Source: Flavobacteriia bacterium (GTDB lineage Bacteria > Bacteroidota > Bacteroidia > Flavobacteriales > Flavobacteriaceae). From it: a stretch of DNA of 41,449 nucleotides. The position numbers were made by a program, and so were the translations under genes. The stretch spans positions 1 to 41,449 of the forward strand of contig DAOUPQ010000001.1 of assembly GCA_030626085.1 (NCBI GenBank), written 5' to 3'. The first letter of the stretch is position 1, and each line of letters opens with the position of its first letter. The notes beneath the pieces were generated by a model. The model searched no databases, was not told the DNA's origin, and saw only the letters and a list, made by a program, of their open reading frames with translations. This document shows positions 19,539-28,492 of the stretch, in pieces.

Positions 19539-21134
19539 ATGTCTTTTAAAGATAACTATACTCACAGACCCCAACGATTGATTGGTGAAGCTTTAATGAA
19601 TTCAGCAGCTCTGTATCCAACAAAAACTGCAATTATAGTAAATAATACCACTTATACCTACAGGCAACTTAAAACTGATGCCACGAAATTGGCACGTGCA
19701 TTAATAGAAAGAGGTATTGAGCCGGGGGATCGTGTAGCAATATATATGGAAAATTCATGGGCTTGTGCAGTGTCTATATATGGGGCATCAATTGCCGGGG
19801 CTGTTTTTCTTGTGATTAATCCTCAAACTAAGGCAAATAAACTTCAATATATATTAAATGACAGTGGTGCCAAAGCCTTAATTACAAATATCAAATTGCA
19901 AAAGGAATTACAAGAAGCTTGTCAGGATGTGAAGGAATTGAACAATGTGATAATTACAGGTGATAATCCGACATTAATTCTTAATGATTCACTTATAATA
20001 GAAAATTTTAAAGATGTTTTGAGACATGCTGGCAGTTATGATAAAATTAATTTGCCACATATCATCCCAAACGATTTGGCATCGTTAATTTATACTTCGG
20101 GTAGCACAGGTTTTCCAAAAGGCGTAATGATGATTCAGCAATCAATGGTATTTACTACCTGGAGCTTAATCGAGTATTTACGTATAACAAATGAAGATCG
20201 CATTATACTTGTTCTTCCTTTGGGGTTTGATTATGGATTGTATCAATTACTTATGTCAGTGGCATCGGGAGCTTCGCTCATAATAGAGCCTTCCTTTATT
20301 TTTCTGGGAAATATATATAAACAAGTGGAAGAAAAGAACGCGACTATTTTTCCAGGTGTTCCTACAACCTATGCCATGATGGTTGCATCTTACAAGAGGA
20401 AACCATTTTCGCTTGAGGGTATAAAGAAAGTAACAAATACTGCGGCGGCATTATCGCCTGACCACATCCCAATTTTAAAAAAAATATTTCCAAACGCTCT
20501 GATTTTTAAAATGTATGGCCTGACGGAATGTAAACGAGTCAGTTACCTAGAACCGGAACTCCTTGATGAAAAAATAAAATCAGTAGGTAAAGCTATCCCA
20601 GGGACCGAAGCATTTATACTGACAATAGACGGAAAGGAAGCAAAACCTAATGAATCTGGAATTCTTCATGTGCGTGGGCCTCACGTAATGGTTGGATACT
20701 GGAACCAGGAGGAGAAAAGTAAAAAAATGTTGCTTACTAGCAAGTTACCTTGGGAAAGGGTACTGTGTACACATGACTTGTTTAAAATGGATGAAGAGGG
20801 CTTTTTATATTTTTTAGGTAGAAGAGACGATATTATTAAAACTAGAGGTGAAAAAGTAAGTCCATTGGAAATAGAAAATGTTCTGATTCAATTGGAAGGA
20901 GTTAAGGAATCGGCTGTTGTTGGTATTCCCGACGAAATTCAGGGACAAATTGTTAAGGCATTTGTCTCAATTCAGGAGGGGATACATTTAACCAAAAAAG
21001 AAGTACGGAAGTTTTGCAATGCCCATCTCGAAAGTTTTATGGTTCCGGAAAAAATTGTATTTTTAGACGAATTACCTAAAAGTGCAAACAGAAAAGTTAA
21101 CAAAAAGAAACTTATGGAAGATGACCAACAGTAA
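19539..21134 (+). CDS. Class I adenylate-forming enzyme (acyl-CoA/acyl-ACP ligase), intact
   Basis: IYTSGSTGFPKGV P-loop, YGLTE, THD (TGD equivalent), GRRDDIIKTRGEKVSP hinge and C-terminal LPKSANRKV lysine motif. Confidence 0.92.
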   Translation: MSFKDNYTHRPQRLIGEALMNSAALYPTKTAIIVNNTTYTYRQLKTDATKLARALIERGIEPGDRVAIYMENSWACAVSIYGASIAGAVFLVINPQTKANKLQYILNDSGAKALITNIKLQKELQEACQDVKELNNVIITGDNPTLILNDSLIIENFKDVLRHAGSYDKINLPHIIPNDLASLIYTSGSTGFPKGVMMIQQSMVFTTWSLIEYLRITNEDRIILVLPLGFDYGLYQLLMSVASGASLIIEPSFIFLGNIYKQVEEKNATIFPGVPTTYAMMVASYKRKPFSLEGIKKVTNTAAALSPDHIPILKKIFPNALIFKMYGLTECKRVSYLEPELLDEKIKSVGKAIPGTEAFILTIDGKEAKPNESGILHVRGPHVMVGYWNQEEKSKKMLLTSKLPWERVLCTHDLFKMDEEGFLYFLGRRDDIIKTRGEKVSPLEIENVLIQLEGVKESAVVGIPDEIQGQIVKAFVSIQEGIHLTKKEVRKFCNAHLESFMVPEKIVFLDELPKSANRKVNKKKLMEDDQQ

Positions 21135-22023
21135 ATTATTTGTTCAATTATTATCCAAACTTGAGGAGAACCTAGAGTTGCTTCCTGATAAACCAGAAGA
21201 AACGTATGAAGCTACAATGAGGTCATTATGGCTAAAAGCTCAAGGTAAGTCAATGTCAGCTGAACACGCTGTGCATCAAAAACTTTCCGGATTGAATGCT
21301 GAACAGGAAAACCTTGTAAAAGAGTTGCTTGAAAAACGATTAAAAGGCGTACCTCTCGCCCATATAACAGGACGACAACTATACATGGGGATTGAATTAA
21401 TTACTAATTCCAAAGCACTTATTCCTAGAAAAGAAACAGAAATTCTGGGTAATTTTGCATTGAAATTTTTAAGTAACATAACTGGAACTAACAGCAATTC
21501 AACTATTGTGTTTGATATATGTTGTGGGGCGGGCAATCTTGCAATAGCTATTGCTAAAAATAAACCAAATATCCAGGTTTATGCATCTGATTTATCTGAA
21601 GAAGCTGTAAGTTTAACAAAAGAAAACATCCATTTCCATAAATTAGAAAATCAAATTATAGCATTGTCAGGTGATCTTTTTGAGCCATTTGAAAAGGAAG
21701 AGTTTTATAACAAGGTTGATCTTATAGTTTGCAACCCGCCATATATTTCTGACTTTACAGTACTAAAAATGACAAAAGAGATAGCTGATTATGAACCTGA
21801 TATGGCTTTTAAAGGAGGGGGTCTTTTGGGGTTGAATATTGTCCAAAATTTGATAAAAAATGCAGGCCGCTATTTGAGAAATGGAGGAATGCTTACCTTT
21901 GAGATTGGATTGGGCCAAGGGGATTACATAGTCAATTTATGTAAAAAATCTGGTTTATATCAGAGTGTTGTTACCGAGACTGATAATGATGGTCACATCA
22001 GAGTTATTGGTGCAAGGAAATGA
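21121..22023 (+). CDS. PrmC/HemK-like SAM-dependent methyltransferase (pathway-associated paralog)
   Basis: RLKGVPLAHITG, ALIPRKETEIL, DICCGAGNLA (motif I), CNPPYIS, EP..AF.GG, EIGLGQ, RVI. The ATG at 21121 overlaps the end of the ligase gene. Confidence 0.85.
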   Translation: MTNSKLFVQLLSKLEENLELLPDKPEETYEATMRSLWLKAQGKSMSAEHAVHQKLSGLNAEQENLVKELLEKRLKGVPLAHITGRQLYMGIELITNSKALIPRKETEILGNFALKFLSNITGTNSNSTIVFDICCGAGNLAIAIAKNKPNIQVYASDLSEEAVSLTKENIHFHKLENQIIALSGDLFEPFEKEEFYNKVDLIVCNPPYISDFTVLKMTKEIADYEPDMAFKGGGLLGLNIVQNLIKNAGRYLRNGGMLTFEIGLGQGDYIVNLCKKSGLYQSVVTETDNDGHIRVIGARK

Positions 22024-22383
22024 AGGTGATTTCTTTCACTTTAAGTAAGGCAGGTTATCAATTAACCAAATTTTGATGATAAGCATGTTATTTTTATTTC
22101 AACTTGAAAACCACTTGCTTTGCTGGTAGTAATGTTCTGATAGCTTTGCTTTTTCGTTCTGATGCCTTTTGAAAAAATGAACATTGTAAGAGAAGAAATT
22201 TATCATTCCATTAAAAGAAAAGGATACAGAATAATTAGTTATATCAGTAGCAAAGCATTTATGTATAAATAGTGAAATTGGAGATATTATATTAGCAAAA
22301 GGAATCCTTGTTGATTTCCAACAACAATTACTAGAAACACAAAAGAATGGAGTGTTTATTTAGGAAATTCAACAAAAAAATAG
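22024..22383 (+). pseudogene. Relic of a NeuD/PglD-like sugar acetyltransferase
   Basis: Fragments KVISFTLSK, MPFEKMNIVREEIYHSIKRKGYRIISYISSKAF then SEIGD in another frame, and ITRNTKEWSVYLGNSTKK*. Stops and frameshifts are present and the central LbH repeats are missing. Confidence 0.65.
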
Positions 22384-22463
22384 AAAAAAATATTAGTATA
22401 TCAATTCTGAAATTTAATCAAAAATAATTTCTCTGGGCTCTTTAGTGATGCAGCTGTTGAATT

Positions 22464-22486
22464 GTCATCCTCGAAAAGGGGAATCT
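22464..22486. repeat. REP-like palindromic unit
   Basis: GTCATCCTCGAAAAGGGGAATCT; a related copy lies in the opposite orientation at 26422-26449. Confidence 0.4.
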
Positions 22487-22708
22487 AAATAATAAATTGC
22501 GGTATAGGATATTTATGTTTGAATGAAAACATCGAAATACTTCGTTGGCTTTACCTTTAGATAGTTGGTTTCAAGAAGTTTTGTTAAAAAGTACAATATT
22601 GGTGTCATTTAGAGATTATTGAAAAATTAAAATAATGGTAACTATTGATGATATTATAAAATAAAAATGTTAAAGAATAAATTTATTAATCACGTTAAAA
22701 TAATTATT

Positions 22709-22963
22709 ATGAAATTAAAAGAAGAAATCAAAAACTACATTATTGAGGCATCTCTTGAAGATGCAGATAAAATTAAAGATGATACACTGATTTTTGATAC
22801 AGGTCTATTGGACTCCATGGGACTTCTTTTTCTAATTGAATTTCTCAATGAAAATTATCAGGTAGAAGTAATTGATGACGAGCTTAATCCTAAAAATTTT
22901 GAATCGATCAATAGTATAGTTTCTTTTGTAGAAGGAAAATTAAAGACTCAAGCTGCTGTTTAA
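22709..22963 (+). CDS. Acyl/aminoacyl carrier protein
   Basis: 84 aa, acidic, GLLDSMGLL phosphopantetheine-serine motif and NFESINSIVSFV (DltC-like C-terminus). The ATG at 22709 is preferred over 22667. Confidence 0.92.
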   Translation: MKLKEEIKNYIIEASLEDADKIKDDTLIFDTGLLDSMGLLFLIEFLNENYQVEVIDDELNPKNFESINSIVSFVEGKLKTQAAV

Positions 22964-23064
22964 TCGATTAAGTCTTAATGTCGAAAGTTCGAAGTTAAAA
23001 GTTGATAGTCAGCTGATGATAAATACGATTTGTGCAAATAGTTAGTTGACTTAATGAAAATAAT

Positions 23065-25038
23065 ATGTGTGGAATAGCAGGATTTTATCCGAATATACCT
23101 AAAGAATCATCAGTTGATATTTTAAGACATATGCTGACCCGAATTAAACATCGGGGTCCGGATGGGAGTGGTATTTACTTGGCTGAAAAGATAGCTTTAG
23201 GAAGTGTAAGGTTGAGTATTATTGATCTGGTGTCAGGTACTATGCCAATATCTAATCATGATGAATCTTTGTGGATAGTTTTTAATGGCGAAATATTTAA
23301 TTATATTGAACTTAAAGAAGAATTGTTAAAGAAGAATTATGTATTTCAAACAAGTAGTGATACCGAAGTCATAATTCATTTGTATGAGGAATACGGTGTA
23401 GATTTTTTGAATAAGCTCAATGGGCAATTTGCTATAGCCATTTGGGATAAGAATAAAGAAGAATTATTTTTGGCCAGAGACAGAGTTGGGATAAGGCCTT
23501 TATTTTATACTGAAGTTGGAGGTTCTTTTGTTTTTGCATCTGAAATGAAATCCTTTTTAGACTATCCGGGTATGGAATTTAAAATTTCCTCAAAAGCGAT
23601 TTCAGAATATTTTACTTTTTGGACAGCTTTAAGTCCAAATACTGCTTTTGAAGATATTTTTGAAGTACAGCCAGGAACTTATATGGTGATCAATGAAACA
23701 AATAAGGAAATAGTTCATTATTGGGAATTACCAATTTACAAACCAAATGAATATAAATATACTGATGTTAATAAAGCTGCTAAAGGTTTTGAAGAAATAT
23801 TTTCAGATGCTATAAGATTAAGGCTCAGAGCTGATGTTCCTGTTGCTGCATATTTAAGTGGAGGTTTAGACTCTAGTGTTACTACTTCTTTTATTAAAAA
23901 GATATCCCCTAAGAATCTTAAAACGTTTTCTATCGGATTTTCAGAAAAAGATTTTGATGAATCTTCTTATCAAAATACTGCGGTAAAATATTTTGACACA
24001 GAGCATGCAAGTATAGAATGTAATCCACAAGAAATAGCAGAAAGTTTTAAAGACGTGGTTTGGCATACAGAAGCGCCATTATTGAGAACAGCCCCAACTC
24101 CCATGAGTTTGTTGGCGAAAAATGTAAAAAAACACAATATAAAAGTTGTATTAACAGGTGAAGGTGCCGATGAGTTATTAGGTGGTTATAATATTTTTAA
24201 AGAGACAAAAATCAGGCGTTTTTGGGCGAAAGATCCTAAATCAAAATTTCGTCCATTGTTGCTGAAAAAATTATATCCGTATTTGCCACAAATGCTCAAT
24301 GCGAACAGTACTATTTTAAAGATGTTCTTTGGTTATAAATTGAATGAAACAGAATCTCCAATTTATTCTCATTTATTGCGTTGGAACAATACTTCGCGGA
24401 TAAATAATTATTTATCGGAAGAGTATAGAGAAAATATTGGAAATTATGATCCAATTATTGAAATGGAACATAAACTGGATAAGAAATTAAATGGTTTTGA
24501 TTATTTAGAGAAGGCGCAGTGGATAGAATTAAATATTTTTATGTCAGGTTATTTATTGTCTTCACAAGGAGACAGAATGGCTATGGCAAACTCTATTGAA
24601 GGGAGATATCCATTTTTAGATCATAGAGTGATTGAGTTTGCAATGCAATTAGATCCAGATCTTAAATTAAATGGATTAAATGAAAAGTATCTCTTAAAGA
24701 AAATGATGAAAGGCAGATTGCCTGAATCCATTTTAAATAGATCAAAACAAGCCTATAGAGCACCGATAAAAAGTACTTTTATTTCTAATAATTTACCAGA
24801 ATATTTGAAAGAAATGCTCTCTGACAGCAAAATCAATTCCTTTGGGATCTTTAATCTGGATCATGTGAAATTATTATTAAAAAAGATGAATTCAAACAAA
24901 CAGGTTTCTGAAATTGATAATATGGCCTTAACAGGAATTTTATCAACTCAAATATTGTATGATTTATATATAAACAGAAATATTGATAAATTGAGTAAAG
25001 AAGATTTGGTTGAATTGGATAAAGTGATAATAGATTAA
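23065..25038 (+). CDS. asnB: AsnB-family amidotransferase (second copy, ACP-cassette type)
   Basis: MCGIAG, HRGPD, RLSIID, NGEIFN, ARDRVGIRPLFY, YLSGGLDSS, VLTGEGADELLGGYNIFKE, YLLSSQGDRMAMANSIEGRYPFLDH. Confidence 0.93.
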   Translation: MCGIAGFYPNIPKESSVDILRHMLTRIKHRGPDGSGIYLAEKIALGSVRLSIIDLVSGTMPISNHDESLWIVFNGEIFNYIELKEELLKKNYVFQTSSDTEVIIHLYEEYGVDFLNKLNGQFAIAIWDKNKEELFLARDRVGIRPLFYTEVGGSFVFASEMKSFLDYPGMEFKISSKAISEYFTFWTALSPNTAFEDIFEVQPGTYMVINETNKEIVHYWELPIYKPNEYKYTDVNKAAKGFEEIFSDAIRLRLRADVPVAAYLSGGLDSSVTTSFIKKISPKNLKTFSIGFSEKDFDESSYQNTAVKYFDTEHASIECNPQEIAESFKDVVWHTEAPLLRTAPTPMSLLAKNVKKHNIKVVLTGEGADELLGGYNIFKETKIRRFWAKDPKSKFRPLLLKKLYPYLPQMLNANSTILKMFFGYKLNETESPIYSHLLRWNNTSRINNYLSEEYRENIGNYDPIIEMEHKLDKKLNGFDYLEKAQWIELNIFMSGYLLSSQGDRMAMANSIEGRYPFLDHRVIEFAMQLDPDLKLNGLNEKYLLKKMMKGRLPESILNRSKQAYRAPIKSTFISNNLPEYLKEMLSDSKINSFGIFNLDHVKLLLKKMNSNKQVSEIDNMALTGILSTQILYDLYINRNIDKLSKEDLVELDKVIID

Positions 25039-25045
25039 ATAAAAG

Positions 25046-25127
25046 AAGACTGATAACGCAGATCTTACAGATAGTCACAGATGAATAAAACATTGTAAAT
25101 CAGTCCAATTCGTATCATCAGCGTTCT
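25046..25127. repeat. Degenerate inverted-repeat intergenic element
   Basis: The left arm GAAGACTGATAACGCAGAT... is imperfectly complementary to the right arm ...ATTCGTATCATCAGCGTTC; internal CAGAT units recur. Confidence 0.35.
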
Positions 25128-25169
25128 AAATCGCAATAATAAATTATACAAATCGTTAAAATTTAAATA

Positions 25170-26150
25170 ATGAAAACAAAAGATAAAAAACCATTTTCAA
25201 AAAACATATTGTACATTGAAAATATTGAAGAGGTGTGCAATGAAATTATTGAGAAATTAAAAAATGATGTTACTCGTAAATTACAAAGAAAGGGGGCTAT
25301 TGTTGGAATTAGTGGAGGGATTGATTCTTCTGTTGTAATGGCCTTAGCAGCTAAAGCATTCGAATCTAAAAGAGTAACCGGAATTATGTTGCCGGAACAG
25401 GATTCAAGTGGTGATAGCGAAGTCCTAGCAAGGGATCTGGCTGATAAGTTTAATGTAGAATCTTTTGTCGAAAATATTACGGGTGCTTTAGATGGTTTTG
25501 GTTGTTACCAAAGAAGAGATGAAGCCATCGCTAGAGTAATAAAAGATTTTGATCCAAAAGTGGATAAAGCAAAGATTGAGATCAAACAGGATATCAATCA
25601 AAATATGCCTGCAATATCTTCCATAACAGTTATAAAACCAAATGGTAAAATTGAGAGTAAAGTATTGCCTCTTAAGGAATATTTGCAAATTGTAGCATCA
25701 ACAAATTTTAAACAGCGGAGCAGAATGACCATGCTTTATTATCATGCCGAAAGATTGCATTATGCAGTAATAGGAACACCCAATAAACATGAAGTTGAAC
25801 AAGGATTTTTTGTAAAATATGGAGATGGAGGTGCAGATGTAATGCCAATAGGACATTTGTATAAAACACAGGTTTATCAATTGGCTGAATATCTTGGAGT
25901 TCCACAGGAAATTATAGATAGAACACCAACTACAGATACCTATACTGCCGAGCAAACTCAAGAAGATTTCTTTTATCAGATGCCATTTGAAACCATGGAT
26001 CTGATCTGGTATGGGTGGGAAAATGGTTATTCGGCAAATGAAGTAGGGAAAGTGATGGGTAAAACTACAGAGGAAATAGAGAATAATTATAAGAATTTTG
26101 GACGAAAGAAGAAAACTACAGAGTATTTAAGGATGAAGCCGATCTTTTAA
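25170..26150 (+). CDS. nadE: NH3-dependent NAD+ synthetase-like ATP pyrophosphatase (NadE paralog)
   Basis: GISGGIDSS PP-loop, NFKQRSRM, GTPNKHE..GFFVKYGDGGADVMPIGHLYKTQVYQLA, PTTDT. No glutaminase domain. Confidence 0.85.
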   Translation: MKTKDKKPFSKNILYIENIEEVCNEIIEKLKNDVTRKLQRKGAIVGISGGIDSSVVMALAAKAFESKRVTGIMLPEQDSSGDSEVLARDLADKFNVESFVENITGALDGFGCYQRRDEAIARVIKDFDPKVDKAKIEIKQDINQNMPAISSITVIKPNGKIESKVLPLKEYLQIVASTNFKQRSRMTMLYYHAERLHYAVIGTPNKHEVEQGFFVKYGDGGADVMPIGHLYKTQVYQLAEYLGVPQEIIDRTPTTDTYTAEQTQEDFFYQMPFETMDLIWYGWENGYSANEVGKVMGKTTEEIENNYKNFGRKKKTTEYLRMKPIF

Positions 26151-26421
26151 GTTAAAAGTAGAAAGTAAAAAGTAAAAAGTTCAGTAGGCAGTATCAGTAA
26201 AAAATATAACAAATCTAAAATCACAAATCCTTGTTTCTTATTCTTAAATCAAAATTGAATATTAAACAAACCTTACAAAAAGATATAGAAAATTTGATTT
26301 GATAAGACTAAAGTTGAGCTTAAATCAATTATAATGATATAATGAGACAATGTGTTAACAAAAAAAGTAAAATATTGTAGCATTAACTCATTCTATCATC
26401 AATACATTTCTGAAATATCTT

Positions 26422-26449
26422 GAGATTCCTCTGCTACTATCGGAATGAC
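26422..26449. repeat. REP-like palindromic unit (inverted relative to 22464-22486)
   Basis: GAGATTCCTCTGCTACTATCGGAATGAC with an ATTCC...GGAAT stem. Confidence 0.45.
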
Positions 26450-26479
26450 TATGAACATAGTTTATATTAAAAACACACA

Positions 26480-27769
26480 ATGAACATATTTGATTATTTT
26501 TTTGAAGATACAAAACATCTGGAAAAAGATTTTGTAATAGGAAACAAAGAAACTATTTCTTATAAAGACCTGTATAATAATAGCCTAAAAATTGCCGCCT
26601 ATTTGAATAAAAATATAGGTATTGGCAATAATATTGTTTTAATCAATAAAAATTCTGTTTTTTTTATCACGATTTATTTAGGCATCATGAAGTCTGGAAA
26701 TGTTTGTGTGCCATTAGATTTTTCAATTGAACAGGAAAATTTAAATTTTATTTCTAAAACTACCGAGAGTGATATAATTTTTTGTAATAAAAAAATAGAA
26801 TCAAAATTAGATCTAAATGGTTTTAAAACTACAATAGATGAAGATGGCTATGATAGAATTCTTAAAGATCAAAATATTATTGATCTTGATAATACTTTTG
26901 ATAGTCAAAATTTGGCAGAAATAATTTTTACTTCTGGTTCAACGGGTAAACCAAAAGGAGTGATGATTACGCATCAAAATATTATTTCAAATACTGACTC
27001 GATAATAAAATATTTAAAATTATCTTCAAAGGATATACAATTAATTGTTTTACCATTCTATTACTGTTTTGGATTATCGCTTTTACACACACATTTAAAA
27101 GTGGGCGGACAGGTTGTCTTAAATAATACCTTTATGTTTTTAAGTACAGTAATTAATGATTTGAAAACCTATCAATGTACTGGTTTTTCAGGAGTGCCTA
27201 GTCATTTTCAAATGTTATTAAAAAAATCAAAATCATTTAAAGAGACCAAATTCCCAGATCTAAGATATGTTACACAAGCTGGAGGTAAATTACATAATGT
27301 ATTTATCAAAGAATTTGTTGAAGCTTTTCCTGACATTAATTTTATTGTGATGTATGGTCAGACAGAAGCAACAGCACGGTTATCTTATTTGCCATCAGGG
27401 CTAACTCTTAAAAAACTTGGTTCTATAGGAAAAGCAATTCCAGATGTAGAATTAAAAGTGGTTGATAAGCAAGGTAATGAAACATCAATAGGTATAGTTG
27501 GAGAAATTACGGCAAAAGGAGGGAATGTAATGCCAGGTTATTACAAAGATCCTGAAGGAACTAAAGAAGCTCTAAAAAATGGATGGCTTTATACCGGAGA
27601 TCTGGCAAAATATGAATCTACGTTTCCTGATGACAAAAGAGAGTTTACCGTGGTTAAAAATAAGAAAATATATGCTATGATTCCTGCTTATACTGATGAT
27701 GGAGGTCATTTATCAAAAATAGGTGAATATAATATAGGCTTGCAATTTTTATTATTTTTAGGAGAATAA
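26480..27769 (+). pseudogene. Second adenylate-forming enzyme, truncated after TGDLAK and fused in frame to an unrelated (SGNH-like) C-terminus
   Basis: FTSGSTGKPKGV, YGQTEA and GWLYTGDLAK are present, but the GRxxD hinge and C-terminal domain are absent. The tail YESTFPD...YTDDGGHLS carries a DxxH motif. Confidence 0.75.
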
Positions 27770-27773
27770 TCCA

Positions 27774-28004
27774 ATGTCAGATAAGATTAGAAGGATAAAA
27801 AAGAATAAGATTTTCGAGAGGTTTCTGCACTATTTGATCTCAAAAAAAAGTATTAATTTTTTAAAATGATTATTTAAAGATCCTAATAATCACAATGTTT
27901 ATAATGCTTTTATAGTAGAAAATAGTAAAAATAAAATAGTTGGTGTGATTGGTTTTATTATTAGATCTATCTTAAATAGAAAGATATTAAGTACAATTAG
28001 ATAA
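27774..28004 (+). pseudogene. Relic N-terminus of a probable GNAT-family protein
   Basis: MSDKIRRIK, then a frameshift to DFREVSALFDLKKSINFLK*LFKDPNNHNVYNAFIVENSKNKIVGVIGF. The internal TGA sits where a Trp would fit. Confidence 0.45.
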
Positions 28005-28006
28005 AT

Positions 28007-28450
28007 ATGAATAATTCAAACAATATTAAACTTGCAAAGAATGAACTTCTTGAATTATTTAAATCATGGCTTAAATCTTGGGGCAAATATGACCTTAATA
28101 GTATTATGGCTCTTTTTCATGAAGATATTGTTTTTAAAAATTGGGATGGTACAGTAGTAAAAGGTAAATCTTTACTAGAAAAAACCTGGAGGTTATGGTT
28201 TTCAAAGGGAAAAGATTTTAGGTTTATTAAAGAAGATATTTTTGTTGATGAAGAAGAACAAAAGTTATTATTTAGTTGGAGATTGGAATGGTTATCAAAT
28301 GAAGTAGAATATAAGGGAGAAAATGAAATACGACGAGGAGTTGATATTGTTCATTTTATAGATGGAAAGATAATTAAGAAAGAATCTTATTCAAAAACAA
28401 AGGTTAAAATTGGATCAAGAAATATAATATTAAAAGCATCATCAAAATAA
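28007..28450 (+). CDS. NTF2/SnoaL-like protein
   Basis: 147 aa; W..YDLNSIMALFHEDIVF, VKGK, RGVDIVHFIDGKIIKKESY are typical of the SnoaL-like fold. Confidence 0.85.
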   Translation: MNNSNNIKLAKNELLELFKSWLKSWGKYDLNSIMALFHEDIVFKNWDGTVVKGKSLLEKTWRLWFSKGKDFRFIKEDIFVDEEEQKLLFSWRLEWLSNEVEYKGENEIRRGVDIVHFIDGKIIKKESYSKTKVKIGSRNIILKASSK

Positions 28451-28492
28451 GATTGTAAATAAGAGTTTTATTATTGTTAAATGGATATAATT

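Noticed and set aside
21121-22023. DNA adenine methyltransferase or restriction-modification/defence system (NPPY)
   Set aside because: The PLAHITG, LIPRKETE and EP..AF.GG motifs are PrmC-type, and no nuclease or specificity subunit is nearby.
19539-27769. NRPS/PKS or lasso-peptide cluster
   Set aside because: No condensation, ketosynthase or thioesterase domains. The AsnB proteins retain the Ntn Cys glutaminase domain, and no lasso precursor, B protein or RRE is visible.
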